From Perkinsus chesapeaki ATCC PRA-425 (Eukaryota; Protista; Perkinsozoa), in contig JAAPAO010000038.1 of assembly GCA_013115145.1 (NCBI GenBank), positions 47,738 to 111,737 on the forward strand: a DNA stretch of 64,000 nucleotides. Direction: 5' to 3'. Positions within the stretch are counted from its first letter, which is position 1; every line of letters starts with the position of its first letter. This document shows positions 34,200 through 45,686 of this stretch, piece by piece. Under the pieces are notes generated by a model. That model had not been told where the DNA came from and made no database searches. It was given only the letters and a program-made list of their open reading frames with translations. Both the position numbers and the translations under genes were made by a program.

Positions 34200-35896
34200 A
34201 AATTGAAAAGTCGGTTAAAAAGCTTGCAGCATCCCTGCATCGATCGCAATGCCAGAGATCGAATCACTGGAATGATTGATCGATAGACCATGGATGATTA
34301 ACTATTCCGACCAAGGCATCGGCTCGTAGACTCACCTGCATTGGCGGTCATCTGACTGCAAGGTATATTAGCTGCGATGATGCCCGTCGGCCCTCGCTTT
34401 GCCCACCCGGCCGCATAAATTCCCGATTCAACTCTGCCATGACCATCATGAAGAAAACCACCAGTTGCTGAGGCAAGGGGGGCGATCAACAAAGGCAATT
34501 CCACGAATCCTACTACGGTCTATTTTGAAGTTGTCCATTCCAGCCGTAGGAACAACTTTAAACCGTACAGCTTCGATCAGCATAGAGCAGGGAATCACCT
34601 ACAAAGGATACACTTATCATCACCGCTGCCGCCGCCAAGGGCCGAGCTCCACCTCAGCGCTGCCGTCCGGATGCTCAACTTGAAGTCCAGTGAGCTTTCC
34701 GTTTTCGCTTATGACCCGCTTTGGGTTGCTGTGAAATCGCAGTAGTATCTGGTCCAAGCCAAGTGCACGGGTCTACCTAAGATTCCTTTTTCACCTGGCG
34801 ACCTTTCCCTTCGGAGTTCGAGGCCATCTCCTCAATTAGATGTAAACCGCGCTTTTTGCCACGGTCGAGCTTCCAGGAATCTTTCCCCGTCAACTGAGTT
34901 TTCCTGTGAAATTTTTCATTTTAACTCCGCCCACCTCAGCCTCAATGCATCTGCTCGTCACTCCACCAATTCTTGTAATTTCACGAAGCTCCTTATTAGT
35001 GAATTTAGCCTCTGGATACCCCCTCCGACCAACCAGTGAGACCTGCGATGACCTATATCTTCGTTCGGCAACCGAGCATACCGTGCCATAGTCAACCGGT
35101 CGCTTCATCAGCCACTCCAATGCCTTCTGGTTCATCTCAGTGCCGATGAACTCCCGTGGCGATTTAGACAATATTCTGCCGACGTCAAGCCCAACATTCC
35201 CGTGACCGATTACAGCAACATCACAGACCTTACACCGAATGTGACCAACACGTTAATTTTTTTATAATTACTTTCTCGGCCTCCGGCAACTTTCCGATGA
35301 TGTCGGTGAAGTCGGGATGCCCATTATACCACGATACCTGTGCACACCAATCCAAGGGGGCCAACATGGCCGAGATGGTACAAAGTCGCGCGCCGAGAGA
35401 ATTCCTTTATCAACATCTTGACTGCCCGGAAGCTCCAGCCTGTTTGCCGCTTGCGCCCCAATAGCAACAACTATGCCATCATAATGCTCACGGAGCTCCG
35501 ATACCTACTGGCACTCTACGACGAATATTATTAGTAATATAACACCTTCGGTGATGCGGTGGAAAAAAGTCTAAAACGATCATGGTACTCATGCGCCACA
35601 GAGCGGAACTCATTTCGGACATTCTTCACTTCTGGGTGGTCCGGAGCCACGCCGAAGTTGACAAGACCAAACGGTTCCGATAATCTGATATATAAAAACT
35701 CAAAGATTCGTCGAGGTCGATTTGATGACCTTTCAAACATATCGATCCGGACCGAGTCGAGCTGGCGAAAGATGAATTTTGAGGTGTAGAAGGCGCCTGG
35801 ACCGGAGCCAAGGACCGCCAGACGGGGCGCTACTCGGGACAGAAGCGACCGTGACTGGTGAAGAAATCCATTTTGGACTGCTGCTGTAGTGGACAT
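34200..35896 (-). CDS. FDXR: NADPH:adrenodoxin oxidoreductase (mitochondrial ferredoxin reductase), multi-exon
   Basis: It has AVLGSGPGAFY, PFGLVNFGVAPDHPEVKNV, GNVGLDVGRIL, LVGRRG..AKFTNKELRE and IYAAGWAKRGPTGIIAAN, plus a presequence-like N-terminus. The 3' end is approximate. Confidence 0.9.
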
Positions 35897-36509
35897 TGAC
35901 AAAACTCAAACTATTGAAACTACTATCCGATCACAACTGCCATCAACCTGTTCGCTGTATTCCGCAGTACCCGGAACCGAATCAAGGTGTGCGATATGCA
36001 GCATAAACCACACACGGTCAGTCTCGAGCACCTTGGAAACACCGTTATGAAAGTAGGCCTCTGGCGACTAGAGTCTGGCAACCTCCGTTGAACGTGAATA
36101 TATAATTACTAGTGCATCTTTCTATCTGCCAGGCCACCTGCAGCGAGGCTCGAAATATCGTATTTACGCATGCGTACAATTTCCTCGTGATACAACCCAG
36201 TTCTCGGCTCACGAAAAGGTCTATCCATAACCGTGGCTTATGTTCCTCTAGGATGCAATGCACCTCAGATCTACCACTACCAGTAAGCTCGTTACTGCCA
36301 ATACTCTCGACATAACAGTTATGTTGATCCTACAAAGTTCAGTGGTGGGAGATCCAATCTCAATATCACTGTAATACTGCCGCCCACTGATTACCCCCTC
36401 ATTACACTATCCTCCCTTCTCGTAGCTTCAGCTCCCAAGATAGACGATAAACAACTACTCGAAACTTTTTAATTTTGACAATATAATAATCACTAACTGT
36501 TTAATACTT

Positions 36510-37746
36510 TTCTCCAACTTTTGATACCTGTCATGGACACTGTCTTTCGAATCGAAATGTATCGAGTCAAGCACGCTCCTGCTCAGGACAGCAACGTCTA
36601 CCTCAGAATCTCCCTACACTACCAGCCTCCCAGCCTACCAAGACAGGTTGAATTAGCACAATCGAACTCAACAGGAGGCGATGCTAGCAGAAGTCCAGTC
36701 TGCTCTTCTGAGGTGTATCCAGCACTTTGAGCGGTACGATCAACACATACGAGGATAATGCGCATTCTCCTTTTAACACAGAGAGACCAGATGGTGCGAA
36801 ACCGTAGGACAGTGGCAGCAGCAGTCCTCTCAGGGACGGTAGCAGCAGCAATAACAGCAGGCTTGCTGAAAGGGATCGTTACCACGATCATACATCAACA
36901 ATATAGGTAATAAAACATTCGAGCAGGAGTATTAAAATAGTAGTCTCTGTGTGCCAAGAGACATCATAAGCAATAGCAGCAGCAGCGGGTTAAATTCACC
37001 ATATAGAACTTCAACAACAGCAGCAAGAGGAGCTGCCCTATCGGTCACCAATGGACACTTTACAGCCCAACCATGAGAGACTGCGGCCCTATTTGAGGGG
37101 CGAATCTCGGAGTGCCAACCGAAGCCGTCGTGCTGGTGCTATAAAGACGGCTTCTCTCTCTGACATACCGCTTACGCCGTTTAATCCAACTCTGATTGCG
37201 AGTTCGATTGCGCTTCGGTGTGATCGATACGTGTGGGCCAAAGGTGCAGCCTTCAGCGAATCCATCGGAGCCTACGCGACGGCCGCAGCAGAGGTAGCTA
37301 ATCAACCTCGATTAGTATCTTTCAACCTAGTAGTAGCCTTACGTCTTGGTGAACTGCAGATATCTTCCACCTGCGACTTCAAGGTCCTCTTCACATCCTT
37401 GAGGATGATAACAACACTCATTGCTAGTGTTATTAGATAATCGAAAAATTGCACCGCAGCGATCCTGAAAAAACCGCGCTTCAACCTAAGATTCCCCTGT
37501 TTCTACACATGGTCTCTCCTTCTGCCATTCTTGTCGAAGGCATGGAGAGATAGCTGCGTTGAGGTTACTACTGGTCAGACTCAACGCCAGGAGCCCGCCC
37601 CAGCGACCAGTAGAAAGGAAACTAATAATACATAAAGTAATGACAACTATTCACCTTTACCGTCCAATCCTAGCAATGACTTCCTGGGGTAGCTCCGGCA
37701 ATTGCGGCTGCCCCTTTGGCCTTCGTATAGGATCTTTTATGGACAT
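36510..37746 (-). CDS. F-box domain protein, multi-exon
   Basis: The spliced N-terminus MSIKDPIRRPKGQPQLPELPQEVIARIGR|FLSTGRWGGLLALSLTSSNLNAAI fits the F-box consensus L.LP.E....I..FL....L..LS. The downstream exons are not assigned. Confidence 0.6.
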
Positions 37747-38988
37747 TATTAGCACTTAAATAGTAACAAATGGGTTTAGGTACAAGACCTAAGTGTGGTA
37801 AAACATAACATCAACCGCCTCTGAGGCTTTTTAGTGAGAAGTGCCTTTGCAAAATACGAGAACCGCTAATATGAGCTCTAGTCGGACTTTCCACCAATGC
37901 ATCAAGAATACCGCGTTCACTTTGTACAGTTTAAACTCGATAAAGTTGTCGATTAAATGTAGTAGCCCCAGACAAACAAGTCCTTAAATAAATGGTGAAC
38001 AATATACCTTGTATATTATTATCTACTATAATCCTAGGCTATATAGTTTATTGGTATTATATCAATGAACTAATTATATGATATTATAAATGGTAATGAT
38101 GTAATGATGCTGCCAGTCAGAAGGCCCAACAATTCACTTTGGATTACTTTTCGGATGAAAATATTATTGGGCGCGCGCGATGATGATGAAATTCGACCAT
38201 CTTGTACCTCTTCCGTAGTCATACCGTTCCTACGGACAGGCTTCAATTCCAGGGAAGGGCAGATTCCTTGGTAATGAGAACTAATGTGCTCTGAAGGCTG
38301 TGTAATAAAACGGTAGAGCAGTAGCTGTCATGTCACACTATACCGACTCATGGAAGGCCTAATACGATTACCTCGATCGGGACAATGGCACGCAATGGCC
38401 TGGTCCACAGTGCATAAGCTTTCGTACCTCAAAGAAGCTCTCTCACTAGAGTTCGTAACAGACTTGGAGAAATAATGTATTGGTAGAAGCAGATTTGTTA
38501 AGTACGACCCATCGACAGAGTAGATTCGGTTACGAAATCTGTACCAACAGCATCACTGAAGAACGCGGAGGAACGAACAGAGATAGCACATCCCTCGCAG
38601 GAGTACGGCCAGTGATGCTCTTGTTACGTATGGTTTCCCAGAAGTTGATAAGCGACTTTAAGAACTCAAGTCAAACTTTGCCCTAATCTGAGCTCGGACG
38701 CGGCGCCAGTAACGCGCCACTGTTACGAACGAATACAGCAACGATTCCTGGGAGAAGGCAACCAGGCAGGTTTGGCAGACTTAACCATTCGATAATAAAT
38801 GAGGTTCTGGTACTGTCTATACCAGATACAAATGTATTTTGTTCGCTGTCAACTCATACGTTAATTATACAAGTTGTGCAGCACGCGTGCGCACAACAGG
38901 TTTGTGACGTGGTTTGTTATGCACGCATGCGTTGATAATGGTGTGCGTCGCCCCACCACTTACCCCCACTTTTCTAATACATCTAATC

Positions 38989-39885
38989 ATGCATTGGCTC
39001 CGTCTCGACCACGGACTTGTAGTCTTTAGTGCTCTGACCTACGCGACGGCGTGCGAAGTAGGAATCTCGTTGTTTTGTCATCTGTTATACCTATTGTCAG
39101 AATGCCTGTCAAGACGTGTGCCTAACAGTCCCGGGGTGCCCCTCTGGCGGCTCACACTGCAAGGATTATCTCCCACCGCCGCATGTTTGCCAAGACCTGT
39201 ACTTGTTAACAATCGCCAGTTTGCTTTAACATGCTACTGTCAGTTTCATTGAGAAGACCAACATCCAAGGCGGCGCTGCGGTCTGCTCTCATCGATCTGG
39301 CAAATGCTCTGATGAGTACCCTCTCAGATGCCAAGATATCTCCCCCTGTAAGCCATCCCCATTCCTCATGCTTACAGGCCTCTCTCAGTTCATTCGCATT
39401 CTCCTCCAAAGTACCCAATCAAGGCGAAAAGCGTCTTGGAGCATCACGGCAGTAATAGTACTGCCAGCGGTACTTTCTACTACACACAGTATTCGGCCAA
39501 CAAAACGGTGATCGAGTATGAGATTACTGGCCTAGCCCCCCACACTGTCCATGGTATCCATATCCATGAGACTGCTGTGTTTACTCCTCGAGGGTGTGTG
39601 TCAGCTGGTGGGCACTACAATCCTTTCTATTACGAGCACGGTGGCCATGATGCCAATCTGAGGCACGTGGGTGACATGGGCAACGTGAAGGCTGACGGCA
39701 ATGGTGTTGCTCGCGGGTCCATCACAAGTAATCTGATCCAGCTTCACGGGCAGTTCTCAGTCATGCATCGCTCGTCTATGCTACACGCCGATGAAGATGA
39801 CCTTGGCCAAGGTGGTTTCCCTGACTCAAAGACAACTGGTCATGCCGGTGCTCGCCTGGCCTGCGGGGAGATTTTGCCCGCTTAA
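38989..39885 (+). CDS. sodC: Secreted Cu/Zn superoxide dismutase fused to an N-terminal 8-Cys module; exons 38989-39057, 39101-39198, 39244-39347, 39389-39885
   Basis: All Cu/Zn ligands are present: HGIHIH, GHYNP, EHGG, RHVGDMGN and LHADEDDLG, along with the catalytic Arg and disulfide Cys (GCVSAG, RLACG). Three GT-AG introns of 41-45 nt join the signal exon and the Cys module in frame. Confidence 0.92.
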
Positions 39886-41487
39886 CGAAGACCTTTGTAT
39901 GGGTTACAGCCTAAAGGTGTAGGCTAGCTACTAATGTATTTTTTAAGTAGCGTGCAGGATAGTTTGGTATTAGCACTAGACTCTCCAGCTTATCGCTAGT
40001 TGTTGCTTCTCTTGCCGCCTTTCCCATCAGATCGGCTTCTGTTGATTCCTTCGTGTTGAGTTTCATAGTCAAAGTCTAGTTCCCCGCCCATCTGTCGCTA
40101 GCAAAGATTGCGGTATCACAGTACTACCCCGTGGAAGTCACCAGTGAGTCTAACCTGCAGAGCAAGTCCTAACCTATTCTGCCCATCGAACCAGGCTTCA
40201 GCTTTGCACTAGTAACTTTGCCACACGGAACATACAGGCGATATGGTACCGCATAAGTGACCCGGAGGTCCGTCAGCAGCATCAGTATGTTCCTATCAGA
40301 GCATTTACGTCACGTAATCGCACGTGATGCAAGTTCGTACCCTCGCCTTGGTGACATGAACTAATGTCGGCATTGGACCATAAACTCACATGCGATCTGT
40401 CTTCCTGTTAAACAGGAAGGGCAAACAGGACCGGTTTGTCACAGTTATACTATTCACGCGGACCGAATAACCGGCCAGACTAGCGATGCAATAATAATTG
40501 ACTTCACGGCAGCAAAGTGCAGCAAGTTGCTCAACATGAAAAGCAGACGACGAAGCGTGAACAGGCTATCGGTAAGCATGAGTGAAGCTTGTACCTCGGA
40601 GGCCTCTCGCCATCCTTTTCGTTATGTAACGTATCTCGGATACTACGTGGGGTATATTTCTTAAGAAGGCGGCCTCCCGGAGGCCCTAGTAGGGACCATC
40701 GCAGATGAAATTACCGTGAGCTGACAGCGCTCACCAGTAACGAGTGGACTATTGCCCACTAGTCCACTGGCCACTAGCCCACCAGTGGGCAGTTAATGAG
40801 CCCGTTCAATGACTAAAGTAGTGGAGATGAGCCTGGAGCCCTTTCAACAGATCATTGTGCCCCTTCAACACTACAGCAGCTACAACCATGTGTACTTTTC
40901 TTCAACTATTTCAATAGCAAATGAACATTAATTGTTTAGAAGCTCGCGCGGATTCTCGCAAATATCACGATTTACCGCATGCGTATGGTTTAGGCACATT
41001 TCATCACATTTATCAGCGCCGCCCAGAGCTGCCTGTCGCCGCATGGTAGTGAAGTGAGTAGGTGGGTTTGGTTTACCGACAGAAGACTTTTGTCACCTGT
41101 TCACCCTAACACTTCGGATATTTTTTGGTTACTCACTTGGCAACAGCCGGCTGCTGCCCCAGACACTGCGAACTGAAGACACAAGTGGTTCGTAGGTGAA
41201 GGAATCGATACCGTAGAAGCTTGAGAAACCTAAATTGCTAATGAGTCAGAGGCCGAGTCTACTAACTGGATGCTAGGAATCTTACCAGATAAATTCTGAT
41301 GTCGATGATGAGGAAATAGCTCACGAAACGGTGGAGATTTGGATACATTTCTTATGTCCGAAACGGCGGGCTGTCTATACACATGGCTCGCTGTGCTTGG
41401 CCAACGCTCCCTTTCCATGCTTCATCATATTTCATTGAGGTGTACAGAATTCAGGTTCTTAAAAACGCAACCGTTCTCACAAGATAA

Positions 41488-41577
41488 GTCGATAGTAGAT
41501 GTGTCAAAGTAACAGTGAACCACTAACAATGTCGATAGTAGATGTGTCAAAGTAACAGTGAACCACTAACAATGTCG
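41488..41577. repeat. 43-bp exact tandem duplication (2 units)
   Basis: GTCGATAGTAGATGTGTCAAAGTAACAGTGAACCACTAACAAT occurs twice, intergenic. Confidence 0.95.
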
Positions 41578-42276
41578 TGCTACCACTTCAACTTCCTCAA
41601 CTAACTACTAGCCCTACAAGTTGACACAACAAGCCGTCTCCACAGTTGCACGCTTGCACAAGAGTTGTCAACTTTCAAGGAATAAATAAACACACAGATC
41701 AGCTTAGCAGAGAACAAGGGATCTCGTCACAGAGGATCTGGTGTATTCACCTGTATCAATGATGCGACTTCTGCGACTTCTTCAAGCTTCAAACCTTCAA
41801 CTTATTAACCATAAGACTGGGTTGGGTTCTAGGGGACAGTTTATAGAACAAGACTAGATCGAGTGGGACACGGAGAAACGCGTATGTTGCGCAGGTTTTG
41901 CGCAGTTTTTTGTTCATCACTACTGACCAGGAGTTTGGCTCTGAAACTTTGAGGATAACTATGGGTCTCCCGTCTTAGCTTTCCCGGCTCGATCGCCAAC
42001 ATCAACTCACAGTGAGATTCTATTAGTTGAAGGCGACATCGAAAGCGGTGCGCCTGCGTGCGTGACCGAGAAGCGGGTTAGTCTGACTAATCCGACACCT
42101 AATTTAGTAAAATCCTGACTAATTCAGTCCGGATTCCACTTCGAAACATGTAGTGTGCCGAATGACAAATAGATATCATATATCCAACTTTTTGATTAAG
42201 CCGACTTCCTCCAGTTGTTCCTAATCCTCAAAAAATCACGAGTTTCCACGAATATGTTGCGCAGTGTGAACTACTC

Positions 42277-43353
42277 ATGAAGCCACTCTTCTACTCGACG
42301 ATCGCCGCTCTCTTGACATTATTGGCGGCCGCGGAGGTTACTCTTCGTGACTACGAGGACGGCGACAAGTACCCAGATGACATAATGGCTCACATATGCA
42401 AGCACAAGCAAGGAATTCCTTGTCATGTTGCAGTTAACTCCACCAAGGGCCCGCATGTAGGGAGGTGACATCTGAATACGACGGCCTGTTAACCGAGGCG
42501 TTTCTAGATCTAGTGTAACATATAAGGATCTCTTCAGTCGGTTGTTGGATACATCGTGATGGATATACCTTTTGTATTCGACGCAGATTTAGAAAGAGGT
42601 ATCAGGAAGAGCATGTGAGTTTCCCTGTCGTGTTATCTAGTCCTACTGAAGTCCTTCTGTGTGACATATCCCCATTTAGGAAATATCCTCAACAGAAGGG
42701 TAGCTTTGGCTACATAGAGTTGGTAAGCAGCGATATATTGTTGATGATATGTAGTCCCTGGTAGAATATTCATATCATTTCCAGGTTGAAGTTGACCAGG
42801 CTTCCCAAGGCTCTGGCATTGGAACCGCCCTACTAAAATACGCTCTTGAACGAGTAAGGCATCCTTATCTACTCTATCAGTATAATACTGATGTTTCCTC
42901 TGCGATTATTTCGCCCGCAGCAGCCCAATAGGAGAGGAAGCCTTCCCACGGATTATTTCCAGAATAAAACCGGAGCCTGTGGGTTAGATTAAGTCCAGCT
43001 AGGTTTAGTTCTGAGCATCTGCGAGTCAGCAGTCGCCTGAGTCCGGCGAATCGAGCCACTGGTGATCGTCGTCGCAGCTATTAATATGCTTTTACCAAAA
43101 GCCTTTTAGGGCGAAGCAACAGCAGGTACCTTGGCTATGGCCCTGCGCGTTTCACAAGATAACGTTCGCGCAATCCGATTATATGAGAAACTTCACTTTG
43201 TTAAAGTCATGAGTAAGGCGGAGTCCCCTGGCAAGTTCTCTTTGTGTTGGTCTCTTCAGGCGTCAGACTCCGTATGGACTTGTATGCCTACGATTATGGA
43301 CTTCATAATATGGAGAGTGAAGCCGATGGCAGTTTTGACCACGTCTTAACTTA
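42277..43353 (+). CDS. GNAT-family N-acetyltransferase with an N-terminal signal peptide, multi-exon
   Basis: The exons read MKPLFYSTIAALLTLLAAA-EVTLRDYEDGD / VVGYIVMD / GYIEL / VEVDQASQGSGIGTALLKYALER (motif A QxxGxG, 42785-42853) / LRVSQDNVRAIRLYEKLHF (motif B). Confidence 0.8.
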
Positions 43354-43719
43354 AGGATCTGAATCAATTATCGAAAACCTGTTCCCAGGCTCCATAAGTG
43401 TAACACGCATCTTCAAGATTCAACATAGATCCGAAGATGCATCTCCATTTGTCAGCTCGTATCGCATCTTTCTCATAACTGATGCTACATCGTATAACAC
43501 TTAGATGAGTATATTTGTGGGCTTATTTAGTTAACCAACACCAACTTATGAGAATCGGACCTAGACATAATATCTCTTTTCTTTATTGGTATATTCTATG
43601 AATCACTTATTGTTTGGTTAAGATAGTAAATATTATTAAAAGTGCTACAGTAGCTGGCTGCCACCGAAAGCGTTGGACTATACTGTAGACTCACAATATA
43701 CTGGGAGTTGTACAACATT

Positions 43720-44450
43720 CGGTAGTTCGACAATGATGCTGCAGCGCTCCTTTGGACCCTGCCACATGGTTTCTGAACACCAGAGTGTTAAACTACCACT
43801 ACAATTACCTCTGCTTACTTCATCGTTTATAGGGGGGCCCCTTGGGGTGGCGGACCGGGAGAATCTCCCCGATGGAAGAAATCGAATTTGTCGCAGTAGT
43901 TATTCAACGTGGTTGCGAAGCGAAATCTATGTTCACCGATATCACGGAGGTTTCTCAGTGGCAAGTTGTTGTGAACAAACCGACAAGTGTTGAGTGCTCC
44001 AATTGAAAATTTCTGGTCTGCGAGCTTTGCAACGACCGTGGAATCGTCACGATGACCCACTTCGTATTCATGGCTCCCCAGCAGACGAATGTCGGTAAAG
44101 ATTCGATCGTTGCGTTTGGCCCCAAATGTGGCGTATAAGGGAGTCGACGACTCCGAGTCGAACACGAAAACGAATGGACACTTGTCGTGATGAGCAATAT
44201 TAGTGGCTGTAATATAACCCGGAGCCGATAGCAGCTCATCACTGCGCCCACAATGAACCGTTGCATTCCGTAGTGATGAGCAGTATTACTGAGTCAGCAA
44301 TACTGACTGCTATCGGGTCCAGAATAATTCTCACCAACTGCCTTGTTGTGCCTGGGTTACTAGCTGTGCAGTACTGAGTTACTGCACACGCGAAGACCCT
44401 CAGAATGTATCTCGCACTGCCTCGTTCGAAACACTCTCCAACAAACTTTA
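43720..44450 (-). CDS. Hypothetical protein (probably lineage-specific)
   Basis: An open frame of about 145 codons (about 43827-44265: NATVHCGRSDELL..KCPFVFVFDSESSTPLYATFG..) has a possible upstream hydrophobic exon. No family was recognised. Confidence 0.3.
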
Positions 44451-44722
44451 TGTGTCACCCACACATTAGGAACATAACTTATCTTTATACTCATTGCTGA
44501 TCATGCGTTGCGATTCTGGACACACTCTCTTCAGATACCGCATCGTACGGATCAGAGTTCAACAATGTATATTAGTGACATAGTCATTTTACAGAGTATC
44601 TTCAAAAGTAAAGATCCGGACGAGCGGAGGGGGATATACAACCAAATCGATCAGAATGGCGCGCGCTTTCTACAAATCATTGTGATGTGACTGACTTTCG
44701 GTGTGTTGTTATTGGTTTTAGC

Positions 44723-45472
44723 ATGGCGTTGGGACCATTTGCAAGGTAATAGTAACAACTGCTGCTTTGTAGTGTACTACTTTATTAGAATACTGGCGCA
44801 AGTGGCCTTAGTCGCTGGTAGTGCCATTGGCCGAGCATTTGTACAGGCATTTCAAGAAGCGGCACAAAAGGGTGCAACACAGGCTGCCACACGGTCAGAG
44901 TCTATTGGCACCTTGCTTAGTTTGCATATAATTAATATATCTGACTATTATCATTGGCTCTAATTTGCCATGTTAAATAATTCATCGTGCCATTTTAACC
45001 ATTATAAATTCGTATCATTTTAACCATTATAAAGTCGTATCATTTTAACCATTATAAGATCGTATCATTTTAACCATTATAAGATCGTAAGTTTGCTTGA
45101 AGTAAATGTAGCTTTCTGAAGAATGATTTCGGTCGTCTATTGTTAATGTTATTCAGGACCATTCGACGGCAAATGGCCTTAGAAGAAGCATATAAAATTC
45201 TGGGCATAGACGCAGCAACGCAGGCCTCGGCTACTCGGGAGGAGATCGCCAGTGTAATGCAGCTGAGTCCTGTTACTGTATAATCTTTATGCAGCATTAT
45301 AAAAAGCTGTATGATATGAACGCCCCCACAACAGCAACCGCTGGTAGTCCGTACATTCAACAAAGAGTGGAGAACGCTCAGAAAGTACTTAAACGTGGTT
45401 TGTGAAGTCGGCACTTTTTAGTAGGTAATAATTCAACATCTGGAGGCCCAACAGAAGGCCGGTAAAAGCTGA
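44723..45472 (+). CDS. PAM16: Mitochondrial import motor subunit Pam16/Tim16, multi-exon
   Basis: It reads MALGPFARILAQVALVAGSAIGRAFVQAFQEAAQ / MALEEAYKILG / HYKKLYDMN....GSPYIQQRVENAQK, which is the J-like domain with a GGSFYLQSKV-equivalent. Confidence 0.9.
44991..45089. repeat. 25-bp minisatellite, 4 units, in a PAM16 intron
   Basis: CATTTTAACCATTATAA(AT/AG/GA)TCGTAT occurs four times. Confidence 0.95.
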
Positions 45473-45686
45473 GGAGAGTGAATGTTGTTTCCGTTGCACG
45501 ATAGCTGAGGAATGCTGATTCTGGTTTCAAGAGCCGAGCTGGCATGTGAGGATCGATGGTGATAATTATCGTTTTTCTGACACCTCTAGCTGTCGCGGTA
45601 TAATTTGTTACTTTGATGAATACGTGTGTCTTGTTAAGTTGGGTTAACAGTAAAGTGTGTTAGTTTTCTGTGGCTGGATTGTTAGA

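Noticed and set aside
38330-38420. YDYLDRDNGTQWPGPQC resembles an alpha-carbonic anhydrase N-terminus
   Set aside because: It is preceded by an in-frame stop and lacks the following QSPI motif and zinc His residues.
8851-42895. 15-mer TATAATACTGATGTT shared by two introns (8851 and 42881)
   Set aside because: A few AT-rich 15-mer pairs are expected by chance in 64 kb.
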